A stretch of 64,000 nt of DNA from an uncultured bacterium (GCA_964398355.1 CAYNMM010000030.1:2264-66263), one strand, 5' to 3'; positions 20,915-30,877 are shown, numbered from the stretch's first letter. Translations and numbers: made by a program. Notes: a model not told the origin generated them from the letters alone.

Positions 20915-23029
20915 ATGGATCAGGAAAAAGAAATGCTGGGAGGTGAAGTTTTAAGTGGCGTAAGAGAGTTAAGAGGTATACATACAAAAATAACTTATGT
21001 TGTTGGTATTATTGCATCTATATTTCACCTCTGGGTTAACACTTTCGGAACAATACCCGGCATCAAAAGAAACGCCATGCATCTTGCTTTCCTTCTATTC
21101 CTCACGTTTCTTTACTATCCTTCATGGCAAAAACCACGTGGAAAGGGTTTAAGCGTCCTTGATTACGTCTTCCTCGGTGTAACAACGGCGTTTTATTATT
21201 ACTTCATTGTTCTCTGGATGAAACTCGCCCTTCCGGCAGGGACTGTTTTAAATGTTATTATTAAAATCATCGTATATGTTGTCTTCGCTGTTTTCCTCTA
21301 CTCCGTTTACGACTTAACGTTTAAAAAGAAGCGCAGAGATATACCAAGTTTACTTTCAGATTATCTCCCTGCGATAGCTGTTTTCATCGCATATCTTTAC
21401 ATCTATTTTTTCGAAGAAGTTATCCATTTACAAAGGGCTTCTATACCAATAACAAGGGACTATATTTTCGCTGTCTTTGCCCTCATATTTCTTGTGGAAG
21501 CTGTGAGAAGGGCCACAGGCTGGATTGTTCCTCTTATAGCAATATTTTTCGCAGCGTATGCATTGATATTTTCTCCGTATGTACCGGAGCCTTTCACTCA
21601 TAGAACAGTCCACTGGACAAGATTCCTGTACAGGCAGTTCTATACGGATGAAGGTGTACTGGGCCTTGTGACATCAGTGTCCGCTACTTATGTTTACATG
21701 TTTATCCTATTTGGTGCGTTTCTATTCAAATCCGGTGCTGGAGATTTCATTATTGATCTTGCAAAGTCTTTAACAAAAAATGTACGTGGTGGGCCAGCTT
21801 ATATTGCGGTAATATCGAGCGCATTAATGGGATCAATCTCTGGTAGTGCCGTTGCTAATGTTGTTTCCACAGGATCGATAACAATTCCAATGATGAAACG
21901 TATTGGATTTCCACCTGAATTTGCGGGTGCTGTAGAGGCAGCGGCATCGACCGGGGGTCAGATAATGCCACCGATAATGGGGGCTGCCGCCTTTATTATT
22001 GCGCAATGGACAGGTATTTCCTATCTGAAAATCGTGGTGGTATCAATAATTCCTGCTATACTTTACTATGTAGCTGTGGCCGCTTATGTTTTTATCAATA
22101 TAAGAAAATTTAACCTTGGTAAACTTTCAGCTTCTAATGAGGAAATTCCTCATATTTCAACGACCCTGAAACAGGGCGGACATCTTCTAATACCTATTAT
22201 CGTTTTGACAATCTTATTGATAAGAGGTTACTCTCCTACATACTGTGCATCCTGGTCAATTCTGTCTGTGCTTGTTGCAAGCTGGTTAAGGAGGAAGACC
22301 CGTATGGGATTGAAGGATGTTTTAGACGCATTAAACGATGGTGCAAGAAACGCAGCATCTGTCGCGTCAATTCTCGCTGCCGCTGGCATTGTCATTGGTG
22401 TTGCGAACATCACTGCAATAGGAGTGACATTCTCGAATCTTATCGTCTCTCTCTCACACGGAATATTACTTCTTGCAATATTCCTGGTGTTTTTTGCATC
22501 ATTGATCCTGGGGATGGGATTGCCGGTAACAGCGAGCTATATCATGGTGGCTGTTCTGGCCGGGCCAGCTCTACAGCAGATGGGGTTAAGCCTTCTTGCA
22601 GCTCATCTCATCATTTTCTGGTTCTCCCAGGATGCCAATGTCACACCTCCGGTGGCACTTGCAGCATACGCAGCCTCAGGCGTTGCCCACTCAGATCCTA
22701 TGAAGACTGCATTTTACGCATGGAGATTGGCAAAGGGGATGTATATTATGCCTCTCCTATTCGCATATAGCCCAATTCTATTTGAAAAGGGTATTCCAGA
22801 GGCATTTACATATTCCTTCTTTGCTGTATTTGCAATAATTTCTCTCGCAGCCTTTATCGAATTTCACCTCATCAGGAAATTGAAAGTTTACGAGTGGTTT
22901 GCCATTGGTTTGGCCTCTGCACTCCTTTTTATTGATAAACCACCGGTGCAATTTATTGGACTCGTTATCTTTGCGATAATTGTTTGGAGGCAAAGAAAAT
23001 TTGAAAAAGAAATGGAGCTTATATCATGA
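20915..23029 (+). CDS. TAXI-family TRAP transporter fused permease (DctQ-DctM fusion, COG4666)
   Basis: 704 aa and polytopic. The N-terminus (MDQEKEMLGGEV...ITYVVGIIASIFHLWVNTFG) is typical of TRAP fused permeases. A DctM-like C-terminal half is present. Confidence 0.75.
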   Translation: MDQEKEMLGGEVLSGVRELRGIHTKITYVVGIIASIFHLWVNTFGTIPGIKRNAMHLAFLLFLTFLYYPSWQKPRGKGLSVLDYVFLGVTTAFYYYFIVLWMKLALPAGTVLNVIIKIIVYVVFAVFLYSVYDLTFKKKRRDIPSLLSDYLPAIAVFIAYLYIYFFEEVIHLQRASIPITRDYIFAVFALIFLVEAVRRATGWIVPLIAIFFAAYALIFSPYVPEPFTHRTVHWTRFLYRQFYTDEGVLGLVTSVSATYVYMFILFGAFLFKSGAGDFIIDLAKSLTKNVRGGPAYIAVISSALMGSISGSAVANVVSTGSITIPMMKRIGFPPEFAGAVEAAASTGGQIMPPIMGAAAFIIAQWTGISYLKIVVVSIIPAILYYVAVAAYVFINIRKFNLGKLSASNEEIPHISTTLKQGGHLLIPIIVLTILLIRGYSPTYCASWSILSVLVASWLRRKTRMGLKDVLDALNDGARNAASVASILAAAGIVIGVANITAIGVTFSNLIVSLSHGILLLAIFLVFFASLILGMGLPVTASYIMVAVLAGPALQQMGLSLLAAHLIIFWFSQDANVTPPVALAAYAASGVAHSDPMKTAFYAWRLAKGMYIMPLLFAYSPILFEKGIPEAFTYSFFAVFAIISLAAFIEFHLIRKLKVYEWFAIGLASALLFIDKPPVQFIGLVIFAIIVWRQRKFEKEMELIS

Positions 23030-24378
23030 AGGATCTTGTTTATGATCTTGTTGATTATATATATGAAACGGAGTTTGAGGACATCCCTGATGAAACCTTG
23101 AAAAATACAAAAAAGTTTGTTTTTGATACTATTGGTGTCGCCATAGCGGGTACAATGGCCCCAGGTGTTAAAGAATTGAGGGATGTCCTGCTGGAAAATG
23201 CGGGAAAGGGTCATGCGACAGTTTTCAGATTCAAAGATAAACTTTCTGCAACTTCTGCAAGTCTTTTAAACAGTGTTCTCATCCATGCGTTTGATTTTGA
23301 CGACACATTTGATGAAGGAGCTTTGCACACTTACGTGTCTGTCCTCCCGGCAGTGTTTTCACTTGCAGAAAAATCTGGCAATACTTCAGGAAAGGAAATA
23401 CTCACCGCAATCGTAATTGGAGTAGATATAATTGTAAGACTCTCGACGGGTATCAAGACTCCATTATCATGGATAAGAACGGCAACACTCGGGTCATTTG
23501 GAGCAGCTGCAGCGTCTGCGAAAATTTTGAATCTAAACCGTGAAAAAATTCACAATACACTTGGAATCGTTTATTCCATGACTTCTGGAAATGCCCAGAC
23601 TCTTATTGATGGAGGATTAACAAAGAGAATGCAGCCAGGTTTTAGCGCCAGATCAGCGGTCTTTTCTGCACTCCTCGCAGAAAAGGGAATAAATGGTGCT
23701 ATTGACGTTTTTGAGGGAAAATATGGGTTCTTCAATCTGTACGAGCGCGGTATCTACGACAGGGAAAACATTATTCGTAATCTTGGAAGAGAATTTTATG
23801 GAGATAGGTTGTCAATAAAACCCTACCCATCTTGCAGGATGACTCATGCCTCCATTGATGCAACACTTGACCTTGTCCACAAAGAAAATATAAAATCCGA
23901 GGAAGTCGAAAGGGTTGAAGTGTACGTTTCGAAGATGGTCAAGACTATGGTTGGTAAATTTAAGCTTGAAGGAAATCCTCAGGTCGAGGCACAATTTAGT
24001 ATTCCTTATACAGTGGCAACAGCCATATTAAAAAGAGACGTTTTTATTGATGATTTTGAAATATCAAATGTCCTTGGAAACAAAGAAAGGCTGGAATTCT
24101 TGAAGAAGATTTTAGTTAAAGAGGACCCGAACATACCGGAGAAAGAGATTTCGGTCGCACGTGTAAAGATTTTCACCAGGAGAGGATTATCTTTTGAGAA
24201 TAGCGTTGAAGGTCTGAAAGGAAGTCCGGTAAGACCAATGACGGATGAAGAGATTACGGAAAAATTCAAAAAATGTCTTAATTATGCAGGTGTCTCTACA
24301 GAATATGTCTACGAGATATATGACTTAATTAAAAATTTTGAGGATCATGACCTTAAATTAATACTTGAGAAGGTTTGA
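23026..24378 (+). CDS. MmgE/PrpD family protein (2-methylcitrate dehydratase / cis-aconitate decarboxylase / IDS-epimerase family)
   Basis: 450 aa. The N-terminal segment TLKNTKKFVFDTIGVAIAGT...HAFDFDDT resembles MmgE/PrpD. It overlaps the permease stop by 4 nt. Confidence 0.7.
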   Translation: MKDLVYDLVDYIYETEFEDIPDETLKNTKKFVFDTIGVAIAGTMAPGVKELRDVLLENAGKGHATVFRFKDKLSATSASLLNSVLIHAFDFDDTFDEGALHTYVSVLPAVFSLAEKSGNTSGKEILTAIVIGVDIIVRLSTGIKTPLSWIRTATLGSFGAAAASAKILNLNREKIHNTLGIVYSMTSGNAQTLIDGGLTKRMQPGFSARSAVFSALLAEKGINGAIDVFEGKYGFFNLYERGIYDRENIIRNLGREFYGDRLSIKPYPSCRMTHASIDATLDLVHKENIKSEEVERVEVYVSKMVKTMVGKFKLEGNPQVEAQFSIPYTVATAILKRDVFIDDFEISNVLGNKERLEFLKKILVKEDPNIPEKEISVARVKIFTRRGLSFENSVEGLKGSPVRPMTDEEITEKFKKCLNYAGVSTEYVYEIYDLIKNFEDHDLKLILEKV

Positions 24379-24381
24379 ATC

Positions 24382-26088
24382 ATGCGGGTCCTGAACTATG
24401 ACGTTGTAATAATTGGGTCGGGAATAGCGGGATTGAGGGCATTATTGCAGTTTCTCATGAAAAGTGGCGGTCAGGGAAAGGCTGCCCTCATTAATAAGGC
24501 TCAGATGATGCGGGCACACTCCGTGGCAGCTACAGGAGGGACAGCAGCTGTCCTGAGACCCGAAGAAGGGGACAGTTACGAGCTTCATGCATGGGATACC
24601 ATAAAAAATGGAGAATTTCTCTCTGACCAGGATGCAGTATTCAAACTCGTTGAAGAAATCCCGCGGGAAATCTATTTCTACGATCATATTGGACTTCCCT
24701 GGTCACGGCGTGATGATGGAAAAATTGCTCAAAGAATTCTTTCTCCCCACAGCTTTCCAAGATGTGCCTATGCCGGTGGATGGACCGGTTTTCACATTGT
24801 TCAAACTCTATACGACAATGTAACAAAATTTGGCAACTGGGATGGTTTTGAAGAATGCATGGCCCTCGATCTCGTTGTTCTTGATGGCGAAATAGCTGGT
24901 GTTACTGTTTGGGATTTAATTGGAGGTGAGCTCTATTTATTGAAAACCAAGGCTGTTATAATTGCTACAGGTGGACTTGGAAGGTTGTTTAAATTCACGA
25001 CTTATTCTTACCAGACTACAGGTGATGGATTTGCAATGGCTTTAAGAGCAGGAATTCCTCTGAAAGATATTGAGTTTATCCAGAATAATGAAACCAGTCT
25101 TGTTCCGTCCGGTATTTTAATCGGGTCAGCTGCTCGTAGATTAGGGGGAAAGATTCTGAATTCAAAAGGGGACAGATTCATGGGTAAATATGCTCCAGAT
25201 ACAATGGAAATGTCTCCAAAAGATGTAGTTGCACGAGCTATCATGACTGAGATTAACGAGGGACGTGGTTTCAGGGGACCAAAGGGACTCGATTACGTAG
25301 TCCTTGATGTTACGCATCTACCCGAAAAAATTAAGAAGGTCACACTTTCTTCAATAAGAGAACCAGTAATGAAGCTCACAGGCCTTGATATCGTGGATAG
25401 TCCAATTCCTATCAGACCGGCAGCCCATTTTTCAATGGGAGGAATTAAAACAGACCTTAACGGCCACACAAAAATTGCAGGTGTCTGGGCAGCGGGAGAA
25501 GTTGCGTGTTTATCCATTCATGGTGCAAATAGAGCCCTTGCCAACTCGACTGCTGAATGTACTGTCTGGGGTAAGATAACCGGAGACGAAGCCCTCAAGA
25601 GATCCAGGAAAATCCGGTCGTTTAAAGACGTCAATCCCGATGTCTTTGAAGAGAAAGAACTCCAGATACTTTCCTTACTCAAAAGTAAGACTCCTGGAGA
25701 ATCAGTCTATGAACTTCGAAAGGAGCTTAATGAAACCCTTGAAAAGCACCTCAGGGTCTTTAGAAATAAAGAGGGGATGAAAAAGGCAAGAGACAAATTA
25801 GCAGAGTTAAAAGAACGGTTTAAAAAAGTTAGACTCAAAGATTCATCCCCATACTATAATCTTGAGCTTCTTGCCTATTTTGAATTGAGAAATATGCTGG
25901 ATCTGGCAGGGGCAATTGTGGAAAGTGCCCTTTTCCGTGAGGAGTCACGTGGTCCCCATTATCGTACTGATTTTCCGCATAAGGATGACAAAAATTGGCT
26001 TAAGCACACCATTGTAGAAATGACAGAATATGGCTATAAATTATCAACCGAACCGGTAAGAATAACTCATTTCAAACCGAATCCTTGA
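24382..26088 (+). CDS. SdhA/FrdA-family FAD flavoprotein (soluble fumarate reductase / succinate-analogue dehydrogenase-like) with no Fe-S or anchor subunit nearby
   Basis: The N-terminal FAD motif is VVIIGSGIAGL. RAHSVAATGG (cf. SdhA RSHTVAAQGG), DGKIAQR and the C-terminal ESRGPHYRTDFP (cf. SdhA ESRGAHAREDF) all match SdhA/FrdA. Confidence 0.75.
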   Translation: MRVLNYDVVIIGSGIAGLRALLQFLMKSGGQGKAALINKAQMMRAHSVAATGGTAAVLRPEEGDSYELHAWDTIKNGEFLSDQDAVFKLVEEIPREIYFYDHIGLPWSRRDDGKIAQRILSPHSFPRCAYAGGWTGFHIVQTLYDNVTKFGNWDGFEECMALDLVVLDGEIAGVTVWDLIGGELYLLKTKAVIIATGGLGRLFKFTTYSYQTTGDGFAMALRAGIPLKDIEFIQNNETSLVPSGILIGSAARRLGGKILNSKGDRFMGKYAPDTMEMSPKDVVARAIMTEINEGRGFRGPKGLDYVVLDVTHLPEKIKKVTLSSIREPVMKLTGLDIVDSPIPIRPAAHFSMGGIKTDLNGHTKIAGVWAAGEVACLSIHGANRALANSTAECTVWGKITGDEALKRSRKIRSFKDVNPDVFEEKELQILSLLKSKTPGESVYELRKELNETLEKHLRVFRNKEGMKKARDKLAELKERFKKVRLKDSSPYYNLELLAYFELRNMLDLAGAIVESALFREESRGPHYRTDFPHKDDKNWLKHTIVEMTEYGYKLSTEPVRITHFKPNP

Positions 26089-26427
26089 GTTTTAAAAACT
26101 AATTATTTAACGAGATTTTAATGTTTGTGAATTCATTGAAACGTCATGTGGAAAAATTTTTACCTCAGTGAGATAAAAATTTTAATTCTTTGAGATCAGG
26201 TATTGATATAAAAATTTCGGGAAAATCTCGTTTTCATTTTTAGAAAACTTAATAAATAACCGTCAACGAATTTACCCTTTGAAACAAATATTTCGCATAT
26301 TAAACAATTCCAAATTCATGTTCATTTCATTTTTCAATTATTATAAATTAACATTAAATGTATTTCCAAATAAGCACTTTTAAAGAGATTTGAATATACA
26401 AAACCACCTGTCTGGATTTTGAGAAAT

Positions 26428-26461
26428 AAGCAGAGGGGGTGGACCCCCACCCCCTCTGCTT
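26428..26461 (+). terminator. Intrinsic terminator: GC-rich 15-bp perfect stem plus T-run
   Basis: The sequence is AAGCAGAGGGGGTGG-accc-CCACCCCCTCTGCTT followed by ATTTT. Confidence 0.55.
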
Positions 26462-26511
26462 ATTTTAAATTATCACAAAATCGGTTTTAATTTTTGTTAT
26501 ATTTTGAACAA

Positions 26512-26540
26512 TTGACAGATTTATTAAATTGTATTATAAA
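26512..26540 (+). promoter_or_regulatory. Sigma70-like promoter for the TAXI solute-receptor gene
   Basis: -35 TTGACA, a 17-nt spacer, then -10 TATAAA. A strong AAAGGAGGTG Shine-Dalgarno sequence precedes the ATG at 26571. Confidence 0.4.
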
Positions 26541-26570
26541 TAATGCATTAAATTTAAAAAGGAGGTGTGT

Positions 26571-27575
26571 ATGAAAAAACTGTTGGTAACAGCACTTGGC
26601 CTTGCTCTAATCTTGCCTGGAGTGAGCATGGCCAAAAAAACAAAGGTGTCATTGATCATCACAACCGCTACTACAGGGGGAACCTATTACCCTGTTGGTG
26701 TCGGTATGGCTACCCTATGGACCACAAAGTTGAAGAAGAAGGGGATAAGAGTAGCAGCTCAATCTTCCGCTGGTTCAGTTGAAAACATCCAGCTGCTCGA
26801 AACGGGTGAGGCCGAGCTCGCCATTCTTCAGGCCCCAACCACCTACCTTGCGCTGAACGGCCTTGGACCTTTCAAAGGTCATCCCAGAAAGCATTTCCTT
26901 GCAATCACTGCACTCTGGCCTAATGTTGAACAGTACATTCTTGTAGGTAAGAAAGTAAAAACTGGTACCCTCGATGATATCAAAGGTACAAAGTTTGTCG
27001 TTGGTAGAAGTGGATCCGGAACAGAAGCCTCTACAAAACTTTGCTTCAGGGCAATTGGAATTGATCCTCTTAAAGACATCAAACCCGTTTATCTTGGTTA
27101 CAATGAGGCTGCCAATGCGATAATTAATGGTCAGGCTGATGGTGGTTCATTCACCGCAGGAATTCCAACTTCTGCTGTGACAAGATTGTTTGCCACACCT
27201 CATGTCAAAGTTAGAATCCTTGAATTCACTGATGAGCATCTAAAAAAACTTAACGAGAAATATCCTGGTCTCTGGAATAGATTCATCATTCCAGCTAATA
27301 CTTATCCGAATCAGAAGGAACCTGTTAAATCTGCTTTCTTTGTAAACTTTCTCGCTGCCAAGGATGACCTTGATCCCGACATTGTGTACACGTTGACCAA
27401 GACTCTCTTTGAGAATCTACCGTATATGTATAAGATTCACAAAGCGGCAAGACACATAAAGCTTGAGAATGCATTGAATGGACTCCCGGTACCTCTCCAT
27501 CCAGGTGCGTATAAATACTATAAGGAGATGGGTCTTAAAATTCCTGCGAGGCTTGTACCTCCTGGAATGAAGTAA
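26571..27575 (+). CDS. TAXI-family TRAP transporter solute receptor (periplasmic binding protein)
   Basis: A signal peptide is followed by ATTGGTYYPVGVGMA, a TAXI hallmark. Length is about 334 aa. I prefer the ATG at 26571 over the GTG at 26565. Confidence 0.75.
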   Translation: MKKLLVTALGLALILPGVSMAKKTKVSLIITTATTGGTYYPVGVGMATLWTTKLKKKGIRVAAQSSAGSVENIQLLETGEAELAILQAPTTYLALNGLGPFKGHPRKHFLAITALWPNVEQYILVGKKVKTGTLDDIKGTKFVVGRSGSGTEASTKLCFRAIGIDPLKDIKPVYLGYNEAANAIINGQADGGSFTAGIPTSAVTRLFATPHVKVRILEFTDEHLKKLNEKYPGLWNRFIIPANTYPNQKEPVKSAFFVNFLAAKDDLDPDIVYTLTKTLFENLPYMYKIHKAARHIKLENALNGLPVPLHPGAYKYYKEMGLKIPARLVPPGMK

Positions 27576-27587
27576 AAAATCGAATTC

Positions 27588-27616
27588 AGGGGCGGCCGCC
27601 CTTGGCGGCCGCCCCT
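27588..27616. terminator. Bidirectional GC-rich hairpin between convergent genes
   Basis: The sequence is AGGGGCGGCCGCC-ctt-GGCGGCCGCCCCT. It lies between the SBP stop (27575) and the MBL gene stop (27627). Confidence 0.5.
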
Positions 27617-27626
27617 TCGTCACAAT

Positions 27627-28682
27627 TCAAACGTAATCCAGCACTACAGGTTTATGTCCAAGATATTCCGATGCCGTTAGGATCTTTATCCCCAGCCTTT
27701 TCCCGGTTTCCCATACGTTTGAGGTTCTCTCCCTGTACAGAGAATCCCTCAAGAGGTGATGATCATATATTACCACCTCCGGTTTCGCATTCTCCAGAAT
27801 TCGTATCATGTTTTCTATCGCTCTTTTCAGTGTTATCGAACTTGTAACGTATCCGAGCATGTATGTCATTGGTCCGTCAACGACTAAAATATCAGGATTT
27901 TCCGAAATTATCCAATCTGCATAATCCTCTATTACAGGACCACTTAAATCACTGGTATGAATAAACTTTCTTCCTTGCCACTCAATAACTACGGATATAA
28001 CCCACCCAAGAGAAGAGTATTCAACTCCATGGAATAGTGGTTCCGTAAATTTAACGATTGTATCGCCGAACTTAAATGCTTTACCATCGGCAAAATTAAC
28101 CTGAAGTTCTGGTACCCTGAGTTCGTTAATTTTTGGAAGTCTGGTCCAATATTTTCTCATTTTTTCAAAACGTTTCCGTCCACTTTCCAAAATGTTGGCT
28201 CTCCTCTCGTTATAATCTCCGAAATCTATAGAAAGGGCATGTTTAAGCCTGTTAATAGGCTCTTCCACATCATATCCTGAATCCGAATTTGTCCCAAGTG
28301 GTTCAATTCCGTAGAGTTTTGCGATTGATCGAAAAAGTTCTACAGCTCTTTTTCTCTGGGATTTATTGATGAAAATATTTGGATCTTTTACAAGCAGAAT
28401 TTTGTTGAAATAAACATCCAGAAATTCATTCTGGTATAAATAATGGTCGTGATGATAGTGAGAAATGATGATAATATCAACTTTTTTCGCAACATGATAA
28501 ATTTTATGGAGTGCCTCACGCTTCAATTTTGTCTTTATCTCTTCAGGTGCAGGAAATCCAGGCTGCATCCTGGCAGCTCCAGGATCAATGAGTATAGAAA
28601 TGTCCGGTGTTTCGACCAGTGTAGCCATACTTTTTGCCCCGAGAGAATCAAACCAGATAGGATTAAATTTTATGTCGCTCAT
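27627..28682 (-). CDS. MBL-fold metallo-hydrolase
   Basis: An ISHYHHDHY motif (HxHxDH) is present. Length is 351 aa. Confidence 0.55.
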   Translation of the reverse strand: MSDIKFNPIWFDSLGAKSMATLVETPDISILIDPGAARMQPGFPAPEEIKTKLKREALHKIYHVAKKVDIIIISHYHHDHYLYQNEFLDVYFNKILLVKDPNIFINKSQRKRAVELFRSIAKLYGIEPLGTNSDSGYDVEEPINRLKHALSIDFGDYNERRANILESGRKRFEKMRKYWTRLPKINELRVPELQVNFADGKAFKFGDTIVKFTEPLFHGVEYSSLGWVISVVIEWQGRKFIHTSDLSGPVIEDYADWIISENPDILVVDGPMTYMLGYVTSSITLKRAIENMIRILENAKPEVVIYDHHLLRDSLYRERTSNVWETGKRLGIKILTASEYLGHKPVVLDYV

Positions 28683-29409
28683 TTTTCAATTTTTTAAGAA
28701 TCGGTATACTCTCTATTTGCTCATCAGAGAGAAGATCCCAGAAAATCCCGCCAGGTTTCTCAAACTTTGTATGAATTTTGAATATTTTCTCAGGGGTTAC
28801 AATGAAATCCAAAGGGATGTCATGTCGTTCCCATGGAAATTTTCCTTTGAGAATCTGGATCGGATGAACTGTTGTTATTATGGGAGTCTCCTCATTTATG
28901 AGGTTGAAAGATCTCAAAATGGCATATTCCAGGTCGGAGTAACCACCCCCTTTCCCTATTCTCTGGCCATCAAGATTTACTGCCACTGAGCCAGCAACCA
29001 AAATGTCAATCTTAGTCATTTCTCGTGGATGAATCATCTCACCGAGGCGGAAGGCACCTTTGATTGTAGAGGCCTCTTTCCATCTCCCGTTGACAGATTC
29101 CGGCGAAATCCTGACAAAGCACCTTTCATTGGTCAAACGAGGGACTGCCATATAGACTATTTTGCCCTGTTTCAGGGCAATTTCTCTCAATTTCCTTTGA
29201 GGAGAATCCGGATTAAATTTTACCACATCTGCATTTTTAAAGATTTCAAGTTCAGATGCGATAAGGGCTGCTTTCTCGGCACCAACAAAATTTGGGATTC
29301 TACCGTACGCACCGGGGAATCTTGCAACTTGCCTGTTCTCCATCAACCTCCATACTTTTTCTCGAATTTTTTGTTTTTCTGGATTTTTAGACCAGAATTT
29401 ATGGTACAT
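28663..29409 (-). CDS. 5-formyltetrahydrofolate cyclo-ligase family protein (probable)
   Basis: DGQRIGKGGGYSDLEY resembles the G-x-G-x-GYYD motif of 5-formyltetrahydrofolate cyclo-ligases. Length is 248 aa. Confidence 0.45.
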   Translation of the reverse strand: MYHKFWSKNPEKQKIREKVWRLMENRQVARFPGAYGRIPNFVGAEKAALIASELEIFKNADVVKFNPDSPQRKLREIALKQGKIVYMAVPRLTNERCFVRISPESVNGRWKEASTIKGAFRLGEMIHPREMTKIDILVAGSVAVNLDGQRIGKGGGYSDLEYAILRSFNLINEETPIITTVHPIQILKGKFPWERHDIPLDFIVTPEKIFKIHTKFEKPGGIFWDLLSDEQIESIPILKKLKNERHKI

Positions 29410-29452
29410 TTTTGAGGATTGAGGTAAAGGGGATTGAGACTTGGGGTTTTAA

Positions 29453-29493
29453 TCGCGATGTGGGGCCGCGCTTTGCGCGGCCCCACATCGCGA
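29453..29493 (-). terminator. 19-bp perfect GC-rich hairpin 7 nt downstream of the PfpI stop
   Basis: The sequence is TCGCGATGTGGGGCCGCGC-ttt-GCGCGGCCCCACATCGCGA. Confidence 0.45.
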
Positions 29494-29500
29494 AACTCTT

Positions 29501-30079
29501 TTATACTTCAATTTTTGCACCAAGTATCTTAACAAATTCAGCCAGCCATTTAGGATGTGCAGGCCAGGCCTGTGCAGTCACGAGATTTCCGTCAACAAGT
29601 GCATCAAACAGTCCAACATCGACCCACTCGGCGCCAGCATTTACAAGATCAGGTCCCACGGCCGGGTAGGATGTTACTTTCTTGCCCTGAAGGACACGGG
29701 CAGCTGCCAGTAATTGAGGACCATGGCAAATAGCAGCAATTGGCTTATTGGCATCTGCAAAGTGTTTTACTATTTCTATAACTCGTGGATTCAATCTGAT
29801 GTATTCAGGAGCTCTTCCACCGGGAAGCAGAAGGGCGTCATAATCCTCCGGTTTAATTTCGTCAAAGGTTGCATTCAGTGTAAAATTATGGCCCCTCTTC
29901 TCACTATAGGTTTGATCTCCCTCGAAATCGTGAATGGCAGTCCTCACAACCTCACCTTCTTTTTTATCCGGACATACAGCGTGGACAGTATACCCAAGCA
30001 TCTGAAGTGCCTGGAATGGCACCATAATCTCATAGTCCTCCACATAGTCTCCTGCAAGTATCAATATCTTTTTGGACAT
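29501..30079 (-). CDS. pfpI: DJ-1/PfpI family intracellular protease/glyoxalase
   Basis: [22 protein letters not shown] matches. The nucleophile Cys context is [11 protein letters not shown]. Length is 192 aa. Confidence 0.8.
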   Translation of the reverse strand: MSKKILILAGDYVEDYEIMVPFQALQMLGYTVHAVCPDKKEGEVVRTAIHDFEGDQTYSEKRGHNFTLNATFDEIKPEDYDALLLPGGRAPEYIRLNPRVIEIVKHFADANKPIAAICHGPQLLAAARVLQGKKVTSYPAVGPDLVNAGAEWVDVGLFDALVDGNLVTAQAWPAHPKWLAEFVKILGAKIEV

Positions 30080-30259
30080 TTTCCTACCTCCTTTTTGTTA
30101 ATTCAATTATATCATAGATGCATTTGTGTTAAAAGAGGTACCTTTCTCAAAAATTTTTCAGTTAACAGGCTTCTTATTTAAACACAAATCCAGTTATACC
30201 TAAGTTGAAGTTCCAGAAGCCATTTGTTATCATAAGGGGCAATATAACAAGGAGGTGTT

Positions 30260-30877
30260 ATGTTACAGAGGACGATACCACTTGCAATTGTATTTGTAAT
30301 GGGAATTCTCACCACCATCCAATTTTATGTTCCTCACCCAATTTCGCAGAAGTTTTACAGAACCACAATAGATTGGATGAACGGAATATCTTCAATGGCC
30401 ATAATTCTGGCCATCGGGAGTTTAATCAAGCATCATTGGACCAAGGTATCACGAGGGCAAAACGTGGTATATTCAACGACAACACTGATTTCTCTCGCAT
30501 TCATGGCTTTGATTGGGTTTATTGGGGGAATAGGGCAGCACAGTTTATTTCAGAAGTTGTTTGAAAATGTACAGATTCCATTACAGGCAACAATGTTCTC
30601 GCTCCTTGCGTTTTTTATGGCTTCGGCAGCATACAGGGCTTTCAGAGCCAAGACATTTGAGGCTACTCTACTATTGCTTGCAGCATTCATAGTTATGATC
30701 GGAATGATTCCTCTTGGATACTACATCAGTCCTGACATCTCAAAATTCTCTCAGTGGATCCTTGACGTTCCTAACATGGCAGCGAAACGTGGGATTATGA
30801 TCGGTGTTGGTCTTGGTATGATATCCACATCTTTAAAAATAATTCTTGGAATTGAGCGGAACTGGCTCGGAGGGTGA
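30260..30877 (+). CDS. Hypothetical polytopic membrane protein (first gene of an uncharacterized 3-gene operon)
   Basis: About 5-6 TM helices. A GGAGGTG RBS precedes the ATG. No family recognised. Confidence 0.45.
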   Translation: MLQRTIPLAIVFVMGILTTIQFYVPHPISQKFYRTTIDWMNGISSMAIILAIGSLIKHHWTKVSRGQNVVYSTTTLISLAFMALIGFIGGIGQHSLFQKLFENVQIPLQATMFSLLAFFMASAAYRAFRAKTFEATLLLLAAFIVMIGMIPLGYYISPDISKFSQWILDVPNMAAKRGIMIGVGLGMISTSLKIILGIERNWLGG

